Below are positions 31,095 through 40,636 of a stretch of 64,000 nt of DNA, piece by piece (positions within the stretch are counted from its first letter, which is position 1; every line of letters starts with the position of its first letter). The position numbers and the translations under genes are program-made. This stretch comes from a virus (lineage: Duplodnaviria > Heunggongvirae > Uroviricota > Caudoviricetes), in the IMG/VR virus record IMGVR_UViG_3300007609_001205, positions 40,834-104,833 of that record; one strand, given 5' to 3'. The notes under the pieces are model-generated. The model saw only the letters and a program-made list of their open reading frames with translations. It was not told the DNA's origin and did no database searches.

Positions 31095-32867
31095 TTACTT
31101 TTCAGTCGGTCTTAATGGAACTGCAGTGGAACCAGCATCTCCCATATCACTTTCTGATACATCTACTGAACCTGTATCATTTTTTGGCTCAGAATTTCCA
31201 CCGAATTTCTCCAACATCTTAAGTGTTTGATACATTCCCATACCCATCATTGGATCAGTTTCATCACCATCACTAGAATCATCAGAACCATTTTGGTAAT
31301 TATAGAACTGTGGTGCTGCAAGTGCTTGTGCAGGCAATTCCTTCATAAATTCCATAAGTCTCAACTGGAATGACATATCTTTCCCAAATACATTCACAAG
31401 TTCTTCTTGACCTTTCGCAACACCTTTATTATATAGGTATTCAGCCTCACCATCCAATCTACGTGCTTCTTTATTCTCAGCAGCAGCTTGTTTCTTAATC
31501 TGTGCAGCTACAAGCGCACCTTGTTGTTCAGCTTCGGCTTTTGCTTTAGATGATGCAACTTTTGCATGGAATGCCTTCTGTTCTTCCTTATAGGTTTGCT
31601 TCAACTTATAAGCCAACTGTTTTCTCTTATCAGGAACAAGCAATTCAGGTGGAATCGAAACAGATGTTAATCGGAATTCTTTAACCTTAACTTTATTCTT
31701 CATAGCCTCATCTACAATAAATTTTTCAATAGAACTCTCAATATCACTACGTTTTGTTACGAATTCAGTAGCTTCTCTAAGTTCTCCTTGATTACGAACC
31801 TGTGACCTTACAAGTGGTGTTATTACCTTGTTTTCAAGATCAACCAAACTCCCAATGGATGATAGGATATATGGAGCATCTTCTGCATCGATCTGTACTA
31901 ATAATCGACCATTTACATGAACTTCCCAACCATCTTTTGTCTTAGTACCCATTGCATCATCTGCAACACCCGATTCTTTACCATATTCAATTGGCTCACG
32001 TGTTTGGGTGATATCACCATTCTCACTCACTTCAAGGTCAATGGTTGCAGTTTTATAATTACCCGCATACTTCCATGTCTGAACACGTGTGTTGAATTTA
32101 GTGATAGTATATGCATTTGTGTTGATGTAATATTTTGATGGTGTAAGTACTTTCTTTCGAATACCTCTAAACCCTTCACCTACAACCGGGTTTGCTAACT
32201 CACCACCATCTGCTGCTCGTTGAATGTCATCTGGAACTTTACCGACTTTTGATAAAACCACACCAACATAACCAGGGGGGATTGTAGTGGCTCTTTCTAA
32301 TTTCGTTCTAAATAAATAAGTATTGATCTTATACTCACCAGGTTCAAGTACATTTAATTGTGGTCCTTTACGCCCACCATTCTCCAAAAAGTACTTCGCA
32401 TCCAACATATTTGTTTCAATACTATCACGATATTGTTCTTGATCAGGTGATACCCAATCAGGTGCAATAAATTCCTCACCTACCAATGGCTGACCATCAA
32501 GTGCAGTAAGAGTTCCCACCATACCATCTGGAACAACAAATGTAGAATCATAGGTAACGGTGTTGTTTACATTAACCCACCAATGCCATGCCATACCCTC
32601 CGAAAGAATTTTCGCCTGACGACCATTTTCGCCATTTTTTGAAATGACACCATCCGTGTTTGATACACCACCCCATTTCTTATAAATAAGACCAATATTC
32701 TCCTTTGGGACACTGATCAAGGAAGTGGCCACGAAACCACCCAAAAAGAAAATGGCTGATACTACCCACAAATGCCACCTTTTGACGGGAAACCTTGGTT
32801 GTTGAAAAATGGGTATAAAAGATGCTCCAAGAGCAATAACCGATAAAATTAATAAAATTGCATACAT
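31095..32867 (-). CDS. membrane-anchored SPFH/band-7 (flotillin/YqiK-like) protein
   Basis: Two N-terminal TM helices and a central SPFH-like region. A coiled coil rich in A/E/Q/K (AEAEQQGALVAAQIKKQAAAENKEARRLDGEAEY) is typical of flotillins. The C-terminal tail is acidic. Confidence 0.55.
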   Translation of the reverse strand: MYAILLILSVIALGASFIPIFQQPRFPVKRWHLWVVSAIFFLGGFVATSLISVPKENIGLIYKKWGGVSNTDGVISKNGENGRQAKILSEGMAWHWWVNVNNTVTYDSTFVVPDGMVGTLTALDGQPLVGEEFIAPDWVSPDQEQYRDSIETNMLDAKYFLENGGRKGPQLNVLEPGEYKINTYLFRTKLERATTIPPGYVGVVLSKVGKVPDDIQRAADGGELANPVVGEGFRGIRKKVLTPSKYYINTNAYTITKFNTRVQTWKYAGNYKTATIDLEVSENGDITQTREPIEYGKESGVADDAMGTKTKDGWEVHVNGRLLVQIDAEDAPYILSSIGSLVDLENKVITPLVRSQVRNQGELREATEFVTKRSDIESSIEKFIVDEAMKNKVKVKEFRLTSVSIPPELLVPDKRKQLAYKLKQTYKEEQKAFHAKVASSKAKAEAEQQGALVAAQIKKQAAAENKEARRLDGEAEYLYNKGVAKGQEELVNVFGKDMSFQLRLMEFMKELPAQALAAPQFYNYQNGSDDSSDGDETDPMMGMGMYQTLKMLEKFGGNSEPKNDTGSVDVSESDMGDAGSTAVPLRPTEK

Positions 32868-32995
32868 GTTTAAATTGTTTTTAATAAATGAATAAATAAT
32901 TGTTTAATTACGGCAAAGGTAGTCATTATCTTTAAACCACCAAAATTAATTTCAATATTCACTAAAAATTAAAATACAAACACGAAATAATTTGA

Positions 32996-33619
32996 TTATT
33001 CTTCGCTTGGTCTATCCTTTTTCTTGGAAAGGGTTTGATTTATAAGGTCATTTAACTTAGTTGGGTCGATTATCTGACCATCATCATCATCACTACTACC
33101 ATTATTTTGACCACCCATACTACTAACTACCTCAGTTAGATCTTGACGAAAATCCCTATATGACTTTTCGATTTCAGTTCTCTGTTTAGATGCAAACTTT
33201 GAATTTTCACGTATCTCCTTGATTGTTTGGTTAACAACCTCATGCATCCGTGCAGTATTATCACCATTATCAACTTGTCTCAACTGAACCAAAAAATTCT
33301 TTCGAGTCATCTTCTGTAAGAATAAAGATTCAGCATAAACCATTGCATCCTCATTCAATTTATTCTTTATATACTTATGGTCTTTCAGTTCGGGAAAATC
33401 AGATAAATAAAGATCAACAAGTGATTCCATCAACTCAATACCTTTCAATGATACAGTCTGTAAATCTGCATCATAATCATATATTGCAATATCACCCAAT
33501 TCCGGTAGATCATCCAATGTTGCCAAATGTTGGCTCATATCAAAATCATCACTGTGTTCTTGTATAAGGTCAAATTCCTCTGAAAGTTTCTCTGCTTTGG
33601 TCTGTTTCTTATCTGCCAT
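32996..33619 (-). CDS. hypothetical acidic protein
   Basis: 207 aa, D/E-rich. Confidence 0.45.
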   Translation of the reverse strand: MADKKQTKAEKLSEEFDLIQEHSDDFDMSQHLATLDDLPELGDIAIYDYDADLQTVSLKGIELMESLVDLYLSDFPELKDHKYIKNKLNEDAMVYAESLFLQKMTRKNFLVQLRQVDNGDNTARMHEVVNQTIKEIRENSKFASKQRTEIEKSYRDFRQDLTEVVSSMGGQNNGSSDDDDGQIIDPTKLNDLINQTLSKKKDRPSEE

Positions 33620-33698
33620 AGATACTTATTTTAGTTTCTGTATATATTCATATTTAAAAGTGGAAAAAATACAATTTTCACATTTCTATATATACACT

Positions 33699-33875
33699 AT
33701 GGGAAGGCCAAAAGGACAAAATAAAGAAAAGGTTGGATTTTCAATCGATAAAAAGATAATGAAACAACTTGACGAGTTCTGTGAATTGAATTCAATCAAC
33801 CGTTCGAAACTTGTCAATAATATAGTCAAGGACTATTTAGAAAATAATCTGATAGAAATATGTCAAGACAAATAG
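33699..33875 (+). CDS. ribbon-helix-helix-like small DNA-binding protein (possible small terminase/regulator)
   Basis: MGRPKGQNKEKVGFSIDKKIMKQLDEFCELNSINRSKLVNNIVKDYLE has an Arc/CopG-like RHH pattern. It lies immediately upstream of, and overlaps, the TerL gene. Confidence 0.4.
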   Translation: MGRPKGQNKEKVGFSIDKKIMKQLDEFCELNSINRSKLVNNIVKDYLENNLIEICQDK

Positions 33876-35959
33876 TATGGACAACGGCAATGGTCGAAGA
33901 GGCAGCCGAAAAGATAAATAATGGATTCTTATTATCAAGGGCAGAAAACCCATTCCACGAGGGAACAATAGGTCTTCGGAAGAATAAAGTAACCTTCAAA
34001 ATGTCCCCAAATGAATTACAAGAGTATATTAAATGTAAAACAGATGTACATTACTTTGCTGAGAATTATTGTTGGGTGAAGGGTGAGAAAGGTGAACCAG
34101 TAAGACTTAGACTAAGAGATTACCAAGTAGATATATTAGATAAATTCTATAACAACAGATTCAATATATTAATGGCGAGTAGGCAAGTTGGTAAAACTAT
34201 ATGCTCATCTATAATGTTACTTCATTTTGTCTTATTCAACAACAATAAGAATGCACTTGTGACTGCAAACAAATTAGACACTGCAGTTGAAGTACTTGAT
34301 AAAATGAGAGAAATATACCAAAGACTTCCATTCTTCTTACAAGCAGGGATTGTCAATTGGAGTATGAAGACCATTGTGTTCGAAAACAAATCAAGAATAA
34401 AGGGATTTGCCACAACAAAAACAGCATCCATTGGACAGGCTGCCGATTTCCTTTACTTGGATGAGTTTGCATACCTACCAGACAATATTGCCGAAAAGTT
34501 CTATAAATCCGTATTCCCAACAGTATCTTCTATGGAAAATTCCAAGATCATTATAACATCCACTCCAAATGGGTATAACCTTTTCCACAAATTATTAACA
34601 GATGCCGAGAAACCAGAAGGCGAGAAATCAAACTACTGTGCAAATAGAGTATATTGGTGGCAAGTACCAAAAAGACACGTTACATACATAAGACTCGATA
34701 ATAAAAAATTAAAGAAGTTTGGTGTAACCAAAGAAGAAGTAAAAGAACTCCTCGAAACGAAATACCCAAATACAGAAACATCAATAAAGTGGAATGATGA
34801 AATACACAAATGGGTAATTCATAAATTAAATGATAAAGATTGTACCGAGGAAATGATTCTAAATGAGAAAATAGGGGATGTTAAATTCCCTATGTTGGGT
34901 GATATAACCACATGGAAAAAAGAAACCATTAAAGATATCGGTGGAGAAGAGGCATTCAACCAAGAATTTGACCTCAGATTTATCAATACATCTAGGTCAT
35001 TATTGGATGAAACACTCATAAAGGAATTAAAAGACAACACCACCGAATACGAATACCAACACATAGACGAGATAAAAGATAAGATAAGATTCGATGTAAC
35101 TGACCTCAAATGGAACTCAAACCCCGAAGTTTATGAACACGAAAAAAGAAAGGATTACAAAATAGTGTTATCAGTAGATATTGCAGAGGGGTTAGGACAA
35201 GACTCATCTGTTATAAACATATTCAAGGTAAAACCAAAACCAATTGATCTAATCAAAAAACACGGCAAAAAGTATAAAGGACTTCAAGACTTTTACCAAT
35301 TAGAACAAATAGGGATATTCAAAAATAACCTTGTTTCTGTGAAGGAATTATCAGAACTCCTATACATAATTGGATTTGAACATTTTGAACCAGATAACGT
35401 CAAAATAGTTGTAGAACTTAACAATTATGGAAATGAGTTAGTTGCACACATGCCACATTTATTTGATGGGAATAATAACTATGGATCATCTGTTTTCTTC
35501 CGTTACAAACATCGTATAGATTCCCAAGATGAGAAAATTGGACTCAAGGTTGGGAATAATAAAAACTTATTGGTAAAATCATATCAGGAAAGAATGGACT
35601 CACGTAGTATCATAATAACCAACTCAGATAACATAGACGAAATGACCACATTCATAAAACACACAACCAATGCAGGGAATGTAGTTTATAAGGCAGATGG
35701 GTCTAAACACGATGACCAAGTTATGACTGTAGTAAATGTATCAAGTGTTTTCGAGAAAGTACAATTTCACCAAATGGTAGAAGACTACCACTACGAGATC
35801 ACAGATAGTGAAGTGAAGAAAATAATAGATGAAATAATGAAAAATATACAATATGATGACCCTGTTGATTATGGTCAGTTATTAGATATAAGACGCAGAA
35901 AAATGGGGAAACATAATAAATCACAAGTCGCCAAAAAGAATTGGGGATTACAGCCATGA
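33860..35959 (+). CDS. terminase large subunit, T4 gp17-like
   Basis: The Walker A motif MASRQVGKT, the Walker B motif FLYLDEFAY, and a C-terminal nuclease region; 699 aa. Confidence 0.8.
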   Translation: MSRQIVWTTAMVEEAAEKINNGFLLSRAENPFHEGTIGLRKNKVTFKMSPNELQEYIKCKTDVHYFAENYCWVKGEKGEPVRLRLRDYQVDILDKFYNNRFNILMASRQVGKTICSSIMLLHFVLFNNNKNALVTANKLDTAVEVLDKMREIYQRLPFFLQAGIVNWSMKTIVFENKSRIKGFATTKTASIGQAADFLYLDEFAYLPDNIAEKFYKSVFPTVSSMENSKIIITSTPNGYNLFHKLLTDAEKPEGEKSNYCANRVYWWQVPKRHVTYIRLDNKKLKKFGVTKEEVKELLETKYPNTETSIKWNDEIHKWVIHKLNDKDCTEEMILNEKIGDVKFPMLGDITTWKKETIKDIGGEEAFNQEFDLRFINTSRSLLDETLIKELKDNTTEYEYQHIDEIKDKIRFDVTDLKWNSNPEVYEHEKRKDYKIVLSVDIAEGLGQDSSVINIFKVKPKPIDLIKKHGKKYKGLQDFYQLEQIGIFKNNLVSVKELSELLYIIGFEHFEPDNVKIVVELNNYGNELVAHMPHLFDGNNNYGSSVFFRYKHRIDSQDEKIGLKVGNNKNLLVKSYQERMDSRSIIITNSDNIDEMTTFIKHTTNAGNVVYKADGSKHDDQVMTVVNVSSVFEKVQFHQMVEDYHYEITDSEVKKIIDEIMKNIQYDDPVDYGQLLDIRRRKMGKHNKSQVAKKNWGLQP

Positions 35960-35977
35960 AAATTTAGCCAACTACAC

Positions 35978-36466
35978 CTATTTAGACATACATCTATACA
36001 ATTTCTGTACTAATTTATCAAAACTCATCCTAATATCAACTTCTATTTCCTCATTATCAGAAATATTAACCAATACTGTGTTTTCACCTTTCGTAATAAG
36101 ATACGACTCACCGCCAATATACCAATTCGTGGACTCATCGAAAATCAGTTCGGTTTTTACATCACTACTGACCTCTAAAAATACCCTTTCCAATTTTTTC
36201 AATATCTCAAGGAACAATTCCTCTTTCTTCATGTTTTCTCGATCCCACTCACCTTTCCTAATAAGTTTCAAAAACTCTACCTTAGAAGGGATATTATACA
36301 TTTTCATATAAGTCGAAAAATCGTGTTTATGAAATTTATGGAGATAATCCTCTCCCAATTGAGCAATCACATACCTAAGATGTAACAACTCAATACTTTC
36401 TTCAAATATTGGAATAGGAAGACCCAATATACTCGATGTATGAACTGACATTTTAATTAGGTTCAA
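35978..36466 (-). CDS. hypothetical protein
   Basis: 162-aa ORF. Confidence 0.45.
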   Translation of the reverse strand: MNLIKMSVHTSSILGLPIPIFEESIELLHLRYVIAQLGEDYLHKFHKHDFSTYMKMYNIPSKVEFLKLIRKGEWDRENMKKEELFLEILKKLERVFLEVSSDVKTELIFDESTNWYIGGESYLITKGENTVLVNISDNEEIEVDIRMSFDKLVQKLYRCMSK

Positions 36467-36728
36467 CAGTCACTGAAAGGTCAGCACCTTGTAGTTTCTC
36501 TTTCATGGTGTTCAATTTATCATAATCACCATACTTAACATCACACACACCCTTAAAATGTACAATATGGGCACATTGTGTTGCTTGTTCTGTCGTATGA
36601 CCACACACCGTAACAAGACATTGTATTACATGATCGAATGTGTTCTTATCATCGTTATGAAGAAGTAATTTATATGGTTGCGAAAGCAACTCTTCTGCAT
36701 CTGTTTTTTTCTCTGTTTTAGTTGACAT
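36453..36728 (-). CDS. clpS: ClpS-like ATP-dependent Clp protease adaptor
   Basis: YKLLLHNDDKNTFDHVIQCLVTVCGHTTEQATQCAHIVHFKGVCDVKYGDYDKLNTMKEKL parallels the ClpS core [24 protein letters not shown]...ATQLMLAVHYQGKAICGVF. Confidence 0.7.
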   Translation of the reverse strand: MSTKTEKKTDAEELLSQPYKLLLHNDDKNTFDHVIQCLVTVCGHTTEQATQCAHIVHFKGVCDVKYGDYDKLNTMKEKLQGADLSVTVEPN

Positions 36729-36786
36729 ATGTTATATTAATTAGTTTTTACAAATATACAAAATAATATTTAATTTACACAAATAA

Positions 36787-37350
36787 TCACTCGTTTATAA
36801 CAACGGGTGTCTTATCTGATTTGGTAACATCAATTACCTCAACCCTACATGGTTGTTCCGGTGCCCACTCTTCAATGAACTTAACCAAGTGAGCATGACG
36901 GTCATCATACATTACAAATGTATCAGGATTGTATTTCTCAATGAGATCACTATATAGAATAGATTTAAAATCATAAGTATCCATACCAGGATTCAAATAA
37001 GTATGTGTCCCAAAATCAATGTTGTGATGTCTTAAAATATCCATAACCTGTTTCCTAAGAGATAACCTACCGGGTCTTTCACCATTACGTGATTTATCTA
37101 ACCGACCAGTCGCAAGAATAGGTAAAGTTGCCTCTTCTGAACACGCCTCAAGGTATTTTTTATAAACAAATGGATTAACAGGTATGTCAAATATATTTAT
37201 ATCCAAAGATTCCGGTTTTGACCACCACCCCGGATATGGCCAATCAAGACCAGTAGATTCCGACCAAAACTTTTTCCCCCAATCCTCCTTAGGACTATAC
37301 ACAAGTGTGTCGTCAAAATCAAATGATACTATTTTATCTACATACTCCAT
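36787..37350 (-). CDS. HAD-superfamily phosphatase/nucleotidase
   Basis: FDFDDTL (DxDxT) forms motif I, with downstream conserved T/S and K/D motifs. Confidence 0.6.
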   Translation of the reverse strand: MEYVDKIVSFDFDDTLVYSPKEDWGKKFWSESTGLDWPYPGWWSKPESLDINIFDIPVNPFVYKKYLEACSEEATLPILATGRLDKSRNGERPGRLSLRKQVMDILRHHNIDFGTHTYLNPGMDTYDFKSILYSDLIEKYNPDTFVMYDDRHAHLVKFIEEWAPEQPCRVEVIDVTKSDKTPVVINE

Positions 37351-37446
37351 TCTATCTAATCTTTTTCTATGTAATTATATATAATGTATATATATTAAAC
37401 ATATATCGCAAAGATACTAAAAATATTAACATAATTATGTTTTCAA

Positions 37447-37880
37447 CTATACTTAAAAAAATTGGACAGATGGATGCCAAAACAATTGTAATATTCATCC
37501 TATTAGCATTATTGGCTTTCTTCTATGTAAAAGGAATGTTTAACCCAAGTGATGACAATTCAGACAAAATTTCGGAACTCGAAAAAATAAACAAGCAATT
37601 GGAAAAGGATCGAGATAACTTAGAAGATGCATATGAAACAACTTATGAAATGTATCTGAATGATTCAAGTGAATTATCAGAATTGAAAAAAGAATTCGAC
37701 CTTTTGGAAGCACTTCTTGCAGACAAAGAAAGAGAACTTAAAAAATCAAGAAAGGAATTATCCGAAGCAAGAAAAAGAGCCGAAGAAACTCGCAAGAAAA
37801 TTAAAGAACTTGAAGAAACCCCAATAAAAAGGACAGGAAACGACCTAATAGAATCTATTCAAGAAAAAACAACAAAATAA
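37447..37880 (+). CDS. N-terminally membrane-anchored coiled-coil protein (lysis-associated candidate)
   Basis: MFSTILKKIGQMDAKTIVIFILLALLAFFYV forms a TM helix, followed by a long coiled coil. The track ORF starts further upstream at 37305. Confidence 0.45.
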
Positions 37881-37884
37881 TCAA

Positions 37885-38538
37885 ATGGAAAAAATATTAT
37901 TACTTATAATCACAATACTATCTTTCGCCAATTTATCAAATGCACAAGATAATGATACCACCGATACACAAAACCACCTTGGTGAATTTTTCGAACAATA
38001 TAGTGATAGCCTTTCAGATGAAGAATTATCCGGTCTATATGAAACAAAACCATGTGATACGGTCTATATCGACACAACTGAACAGATTGTGTTCAGTCCC
38101 AACGAATACTATATAATTGATGGAGATACAATCGGCATCATATTAACAGTTGAACAAGTACAAAAAATAGATTCCGACCTTGAGATGTTAAGATTGTTCA
38201 AATTATTGGATACACAGACACAAGATGTTGATGAATTCTACATCAGTGTTATAAATGACCAAAATGAGAAAATATCAATACTTGAAACAACACTTGGGAA
38301 TGTCAGGAACCAAGGCACGGAACAAGAAGAAATGATCAATAGTCTTAAACGACAATTGAAAATACGACAAAACCAAATGGACTCATATGAAGACCAACTG
38401 ATAAATGATGAATCGATAATAGAAGCACTTAAAGATGATGTCAAAACCCAAAAAAGACAAAAAATAGGTGCATATGCCGGTATGGGTGTCGGTGGAGCAG
38501 CATTTGTTGCAATATTAACAATTTTCCTACTGAGATAA
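37885..38538 (+). CDS. secreted or outer-membrane coiled-coil protein with C-terminal TM helix (spanin-like candidate)
   Basis: Signal-peptide-like MEKILLLIITILSFANLSNAQ is followed by a coiled coil, then C-terminal IGAYAGMGVGGAAFVAILTIFLL. Confidence 0.45.
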   Translation: MEKILLLIITILSFANLSNAQDNDTTDTQNHLGEFFEQYSDSLSDEELSGLYETKPCDTVYIDTTEQIVFSPNEYYIIDGDTIGIILTVEQVQKIDSDLEMLRLFKLLDTQTQDVDEFYISVINDQNEKISILETTLGNVRNQGTEQEEMINSLKRQLKIRQNQMDSYEDQLINDESIIEALKDDVKTQKRQKIGAYAGMGVGGAAFVAILTIFLLR

Positions 38539-38587
38539 TATGAAAAAAAGGGATTTTCAATAATAATATATAATACATAAAATTATT

Positions 38588-39178
38588 TTGAAAAACATGG
38601 GCTATACTAGAAAATTTGAAAGTTTCAAAAAAAACAAAACTACCAAAGTTGATGAAAAAACACAACCAAAAGTAGAAAAAGAAATCAATGAGGCTGCATC
38701 CGAAGCAGGTAATATGTTCAAGGTTGTTGTATCCGTAGATGTTCCAACTTCTCTTGTTAATTCTTATACTAAAAAAGTTAAAGATACGTATGAAAAGGAT
38801 CTTGCTAATACATATGGTAGGGAAACTATTGCAGAAGAACTTGCAAAGTATGTTCTTACAAATTATCTAAATGTTGATGCAGTACATGCAGGAGCATTAA
38901 CAGGTGATCCAGACCCAGCACAGGCACAAGCCCAAGCGCAACCACAACAACAAGCACAAGTTCAACCACAAGGTCAGATGCAACCACAGGCACAAGGACA
39001 GCCACAAGCACAAGTACAAGAGCCACAAACACAAGTACAAGAGCCAGAAGCACAACCAATTGACCCAGAACTTCAGGCACAAGCACAATCACAAGTTCAA
39101 CCATCACCAGAAGAATTTGAGGAAATACAAGCCCAAGATGATGAAGATGAAGAAATGGATGAAGAACTTCCTATCTAA
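38588..39178 (+). CDS. low-complexity PQ/AQ-repeat acidic protein
   Basis: Central PDPAQAQAQAQPQQQAQVQPQGQMQPQAQGQPQAQVQEPQTQVQEPEAQP and a D/E-rich C-terminus, followed by a strong terminator. Confidence 0.5.
   Translation: MKNMGYTRKFESFKKNKTTKVDEKTQPKVEKEINEAASEAGNMFKVVVSVDVPTSLVNSYTKKVKDTYEKDLANTYGRETIAEELAKYVLTNYLNVDAVHAGALTGDPDPAQAQAQAQPQQQAQVQPQGQMQPQAQGQPQAQVQEPQTQVQEPEAQPIDPELQAQAQSQVQPSPEEFEEIQAQDDEDEEMDEELPI
38910..39110. repeat. CA-rich imperfect tandem repeat encoding the QAQ/PQ tract
   Basis: Runs of cacaag/cacagg/gcacaa units, which is why all three antisense frames are open here. Confidence 0.6.
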
Positions 39179-39212
39179 ATAGGACAAATACAACACTTAT
39201 TAAAAATAAAAA

Positions 39213-39237
39213 GGGAGATTCTAATCTCCCTTTTTTT
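39213..39237 (+). terminator. intrinsic terminator (GGGAGAT-TCTA-ATCTCCC + T7)
   Basis: Perfect 7-bp GC-rich stem followed by T7. Confidence 0.7.
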
Positions 39238-39251
39238 ATATATAAATAGCA

Positions 39252-39857
39252 ATGAAACATATAACTGAATTCCAAAATTATAAACAAGACATATTTATAG
39301 TAGATGTACAAAAGTCATTTAAGAAATATTTCACAGATACTTATTTGGAAAAATTAAAGGAACATTGCAAACAATTCACAAATGTATATCAAATATGGGA
39401 TAATCATATAGACAAAGATTCAGACTCAGATTATCTATATGACCATAATCCCAAAATACCAAATCACCCAGATCTCTATAAATTCCCAAACCAAAAGAAA
39501 TTAATAGAGAAAAGGTATAATTATAATGTAGATGCAGATTTTTACAAGAAAATTCTAACTGAAAAGAATTGGAACAAAATAAGTGAGATGGAAGAAAACA
39601 AAACAATCAAAAAAGGCGATATATTTCCAACAATCGAAGGAACTGTCATTGTGTATATAGGAAATAACCACAAGTGGTTTCACTCTCCTAAAAAATTATA
39701 CAACATATTCAATGACCTCAAAGGCAAATCTATTGAAATTGTTGGCGGGGCTGATAACGAATGTTTGGATGATGTTTTCACCCTTGCAGAAAGCATGGGT
39801 GTGAAACCCACACGAAACCACCAATTCATTTATTCTGCAACACACTGCCCTCTATAA
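39252..39857 (+). CDS. hypothetical protein
   Basis: 201-aa ORF. Confidence 0.5.
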   Translation: MKHITEFQNYKQDIFIVDVQKSFKKYFTDTYLEKLKEHCKQFTNVYQIWDNHIDKDSDSDYLYDHNPKIPNHPDLYKFPNQKKLIEKRYNYNVDADFYKKILTEKNWNKISEMEENKTIKKGDIFPTIEGTVIVYIGNNHKWFHSPKKLYNIFNDLKGKSIEIVGGADNECLDDVFTLAESMGVKPTRNHQFIYSATHCPL

Positions 39858-39887
39858 AAAAAGGGTGTATAGTTTCCTACACACCCT
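39853..39887 (-). terminator. terminator-like hairpin (AGGGTGTATAG / CTACACACCCT)
   Basis: 11-bp stem with one mismatch and an A9 run on the + side, which reads as hairpin + T-run on the minus strand after the 39911..40615 gene. Confidence 0.45.
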
Positions 39888-39910
39888 CTGAGATAAATGA
39901 TAAACAGATA

Positions 39911-40615
39911 TTAATCTGTCGATTCACTTTCCTCGCCTACTACAACTTCACCAGTTTCCGCATTATACAATGTCTTATCCTTTGGTGGAACTGCCTCCCC
40001 AACTTCGACAGGAGAGAATTCCATTGCCCATCTTGAAATATCATCCACAAAATTCTTTGCAGTTGTATCATAATAGTTAATAAGACCAGACAACTCACCA
40101 ATTTTCAAAAGAATCTTTGAGAAGGTATATGTATCATTTGTAAGACCCTTAACTTTATGTTCAGAGATAAGATGATAAATATGCACAATATTAGTTGCCG
40201 TTAATGTAAAACATTTCAATTCTACATCATCTGTAAATTTTGTACCCTTCATACTACCAAGTAGATCAGTAAGTTCAATTGCAACAAATAACTGATTCAC
40301 ATCATACTCCATCTTCTTCAAAAGAAGGTCAGTCAAGAATCTGTATTGTGGTCTATTCAGATGAAAGTTGAAATTCGCATCTCTCAATTCATTCTGGTAC
40401 TCTTTCAACATATTCTGTGCCGTTAAGTATAATTGATCTTTCTCTTCCTCTGTACATCCAGTACCCGGGTTATCTTTCATATAATTCTCAAGTTCCGAGA
40501 TGTGATTATCCAAAGAAGTTTCAAAATTAGCATCAATCAATCTATAAAGTTCTTCGTTATAGAAAAAATCTACCTCTGGTTTTACTGTGTGTGTTTTAAT
40601 ATCTTGTTTATTCAT
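39911..40615 (-). CDS. hypothetical protein
   Basis: 234-aa ORF. Confidence 0.5.
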   Translation of the reverse strand: MNKQDIKTHTVKPEVDFFYNEELYRLIDANFETSLDNHISELENYMKDNPGTGCTEEEKDQLYLTAQNMLKEYQNELRDANFNFHLNRPQYRFLTDLLLKKMEYDVNQLFVAIELTDLLGSMKGTKFTDDVELKCFTLTATNIVHIYHLISEHKVKGLTNDTYTFSKILLKIGELSGLINYYDTTAKNFVDDISRWAMEFSPVEVGEAVPPKDKTLYNAETGEVVVGEESESTD

Positions 40616-40636
40616 AATATTCTTTTATTTTTATTT

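Noticed and set aside
33860-35959. Possible intein in TerL (699 aa versus 610 aa in T4)
   Set aside because: No Hint/endonuclease block motifs were seen (no Cys/Ser at a plausible splice junction followed by a terminal HN). The extra length appears distributed.
38856-39182. Three ORFs (His/Lys-rich, Leu/Val-rich, Cys/Leu/Trp-rich) overlapping the PQ-repeat region
   Set aside because: They are alternative-frame readings of the CA-rich tandem repeat. Only the sense PQ/AQ frame continues into a full gene bounded by a terminator.
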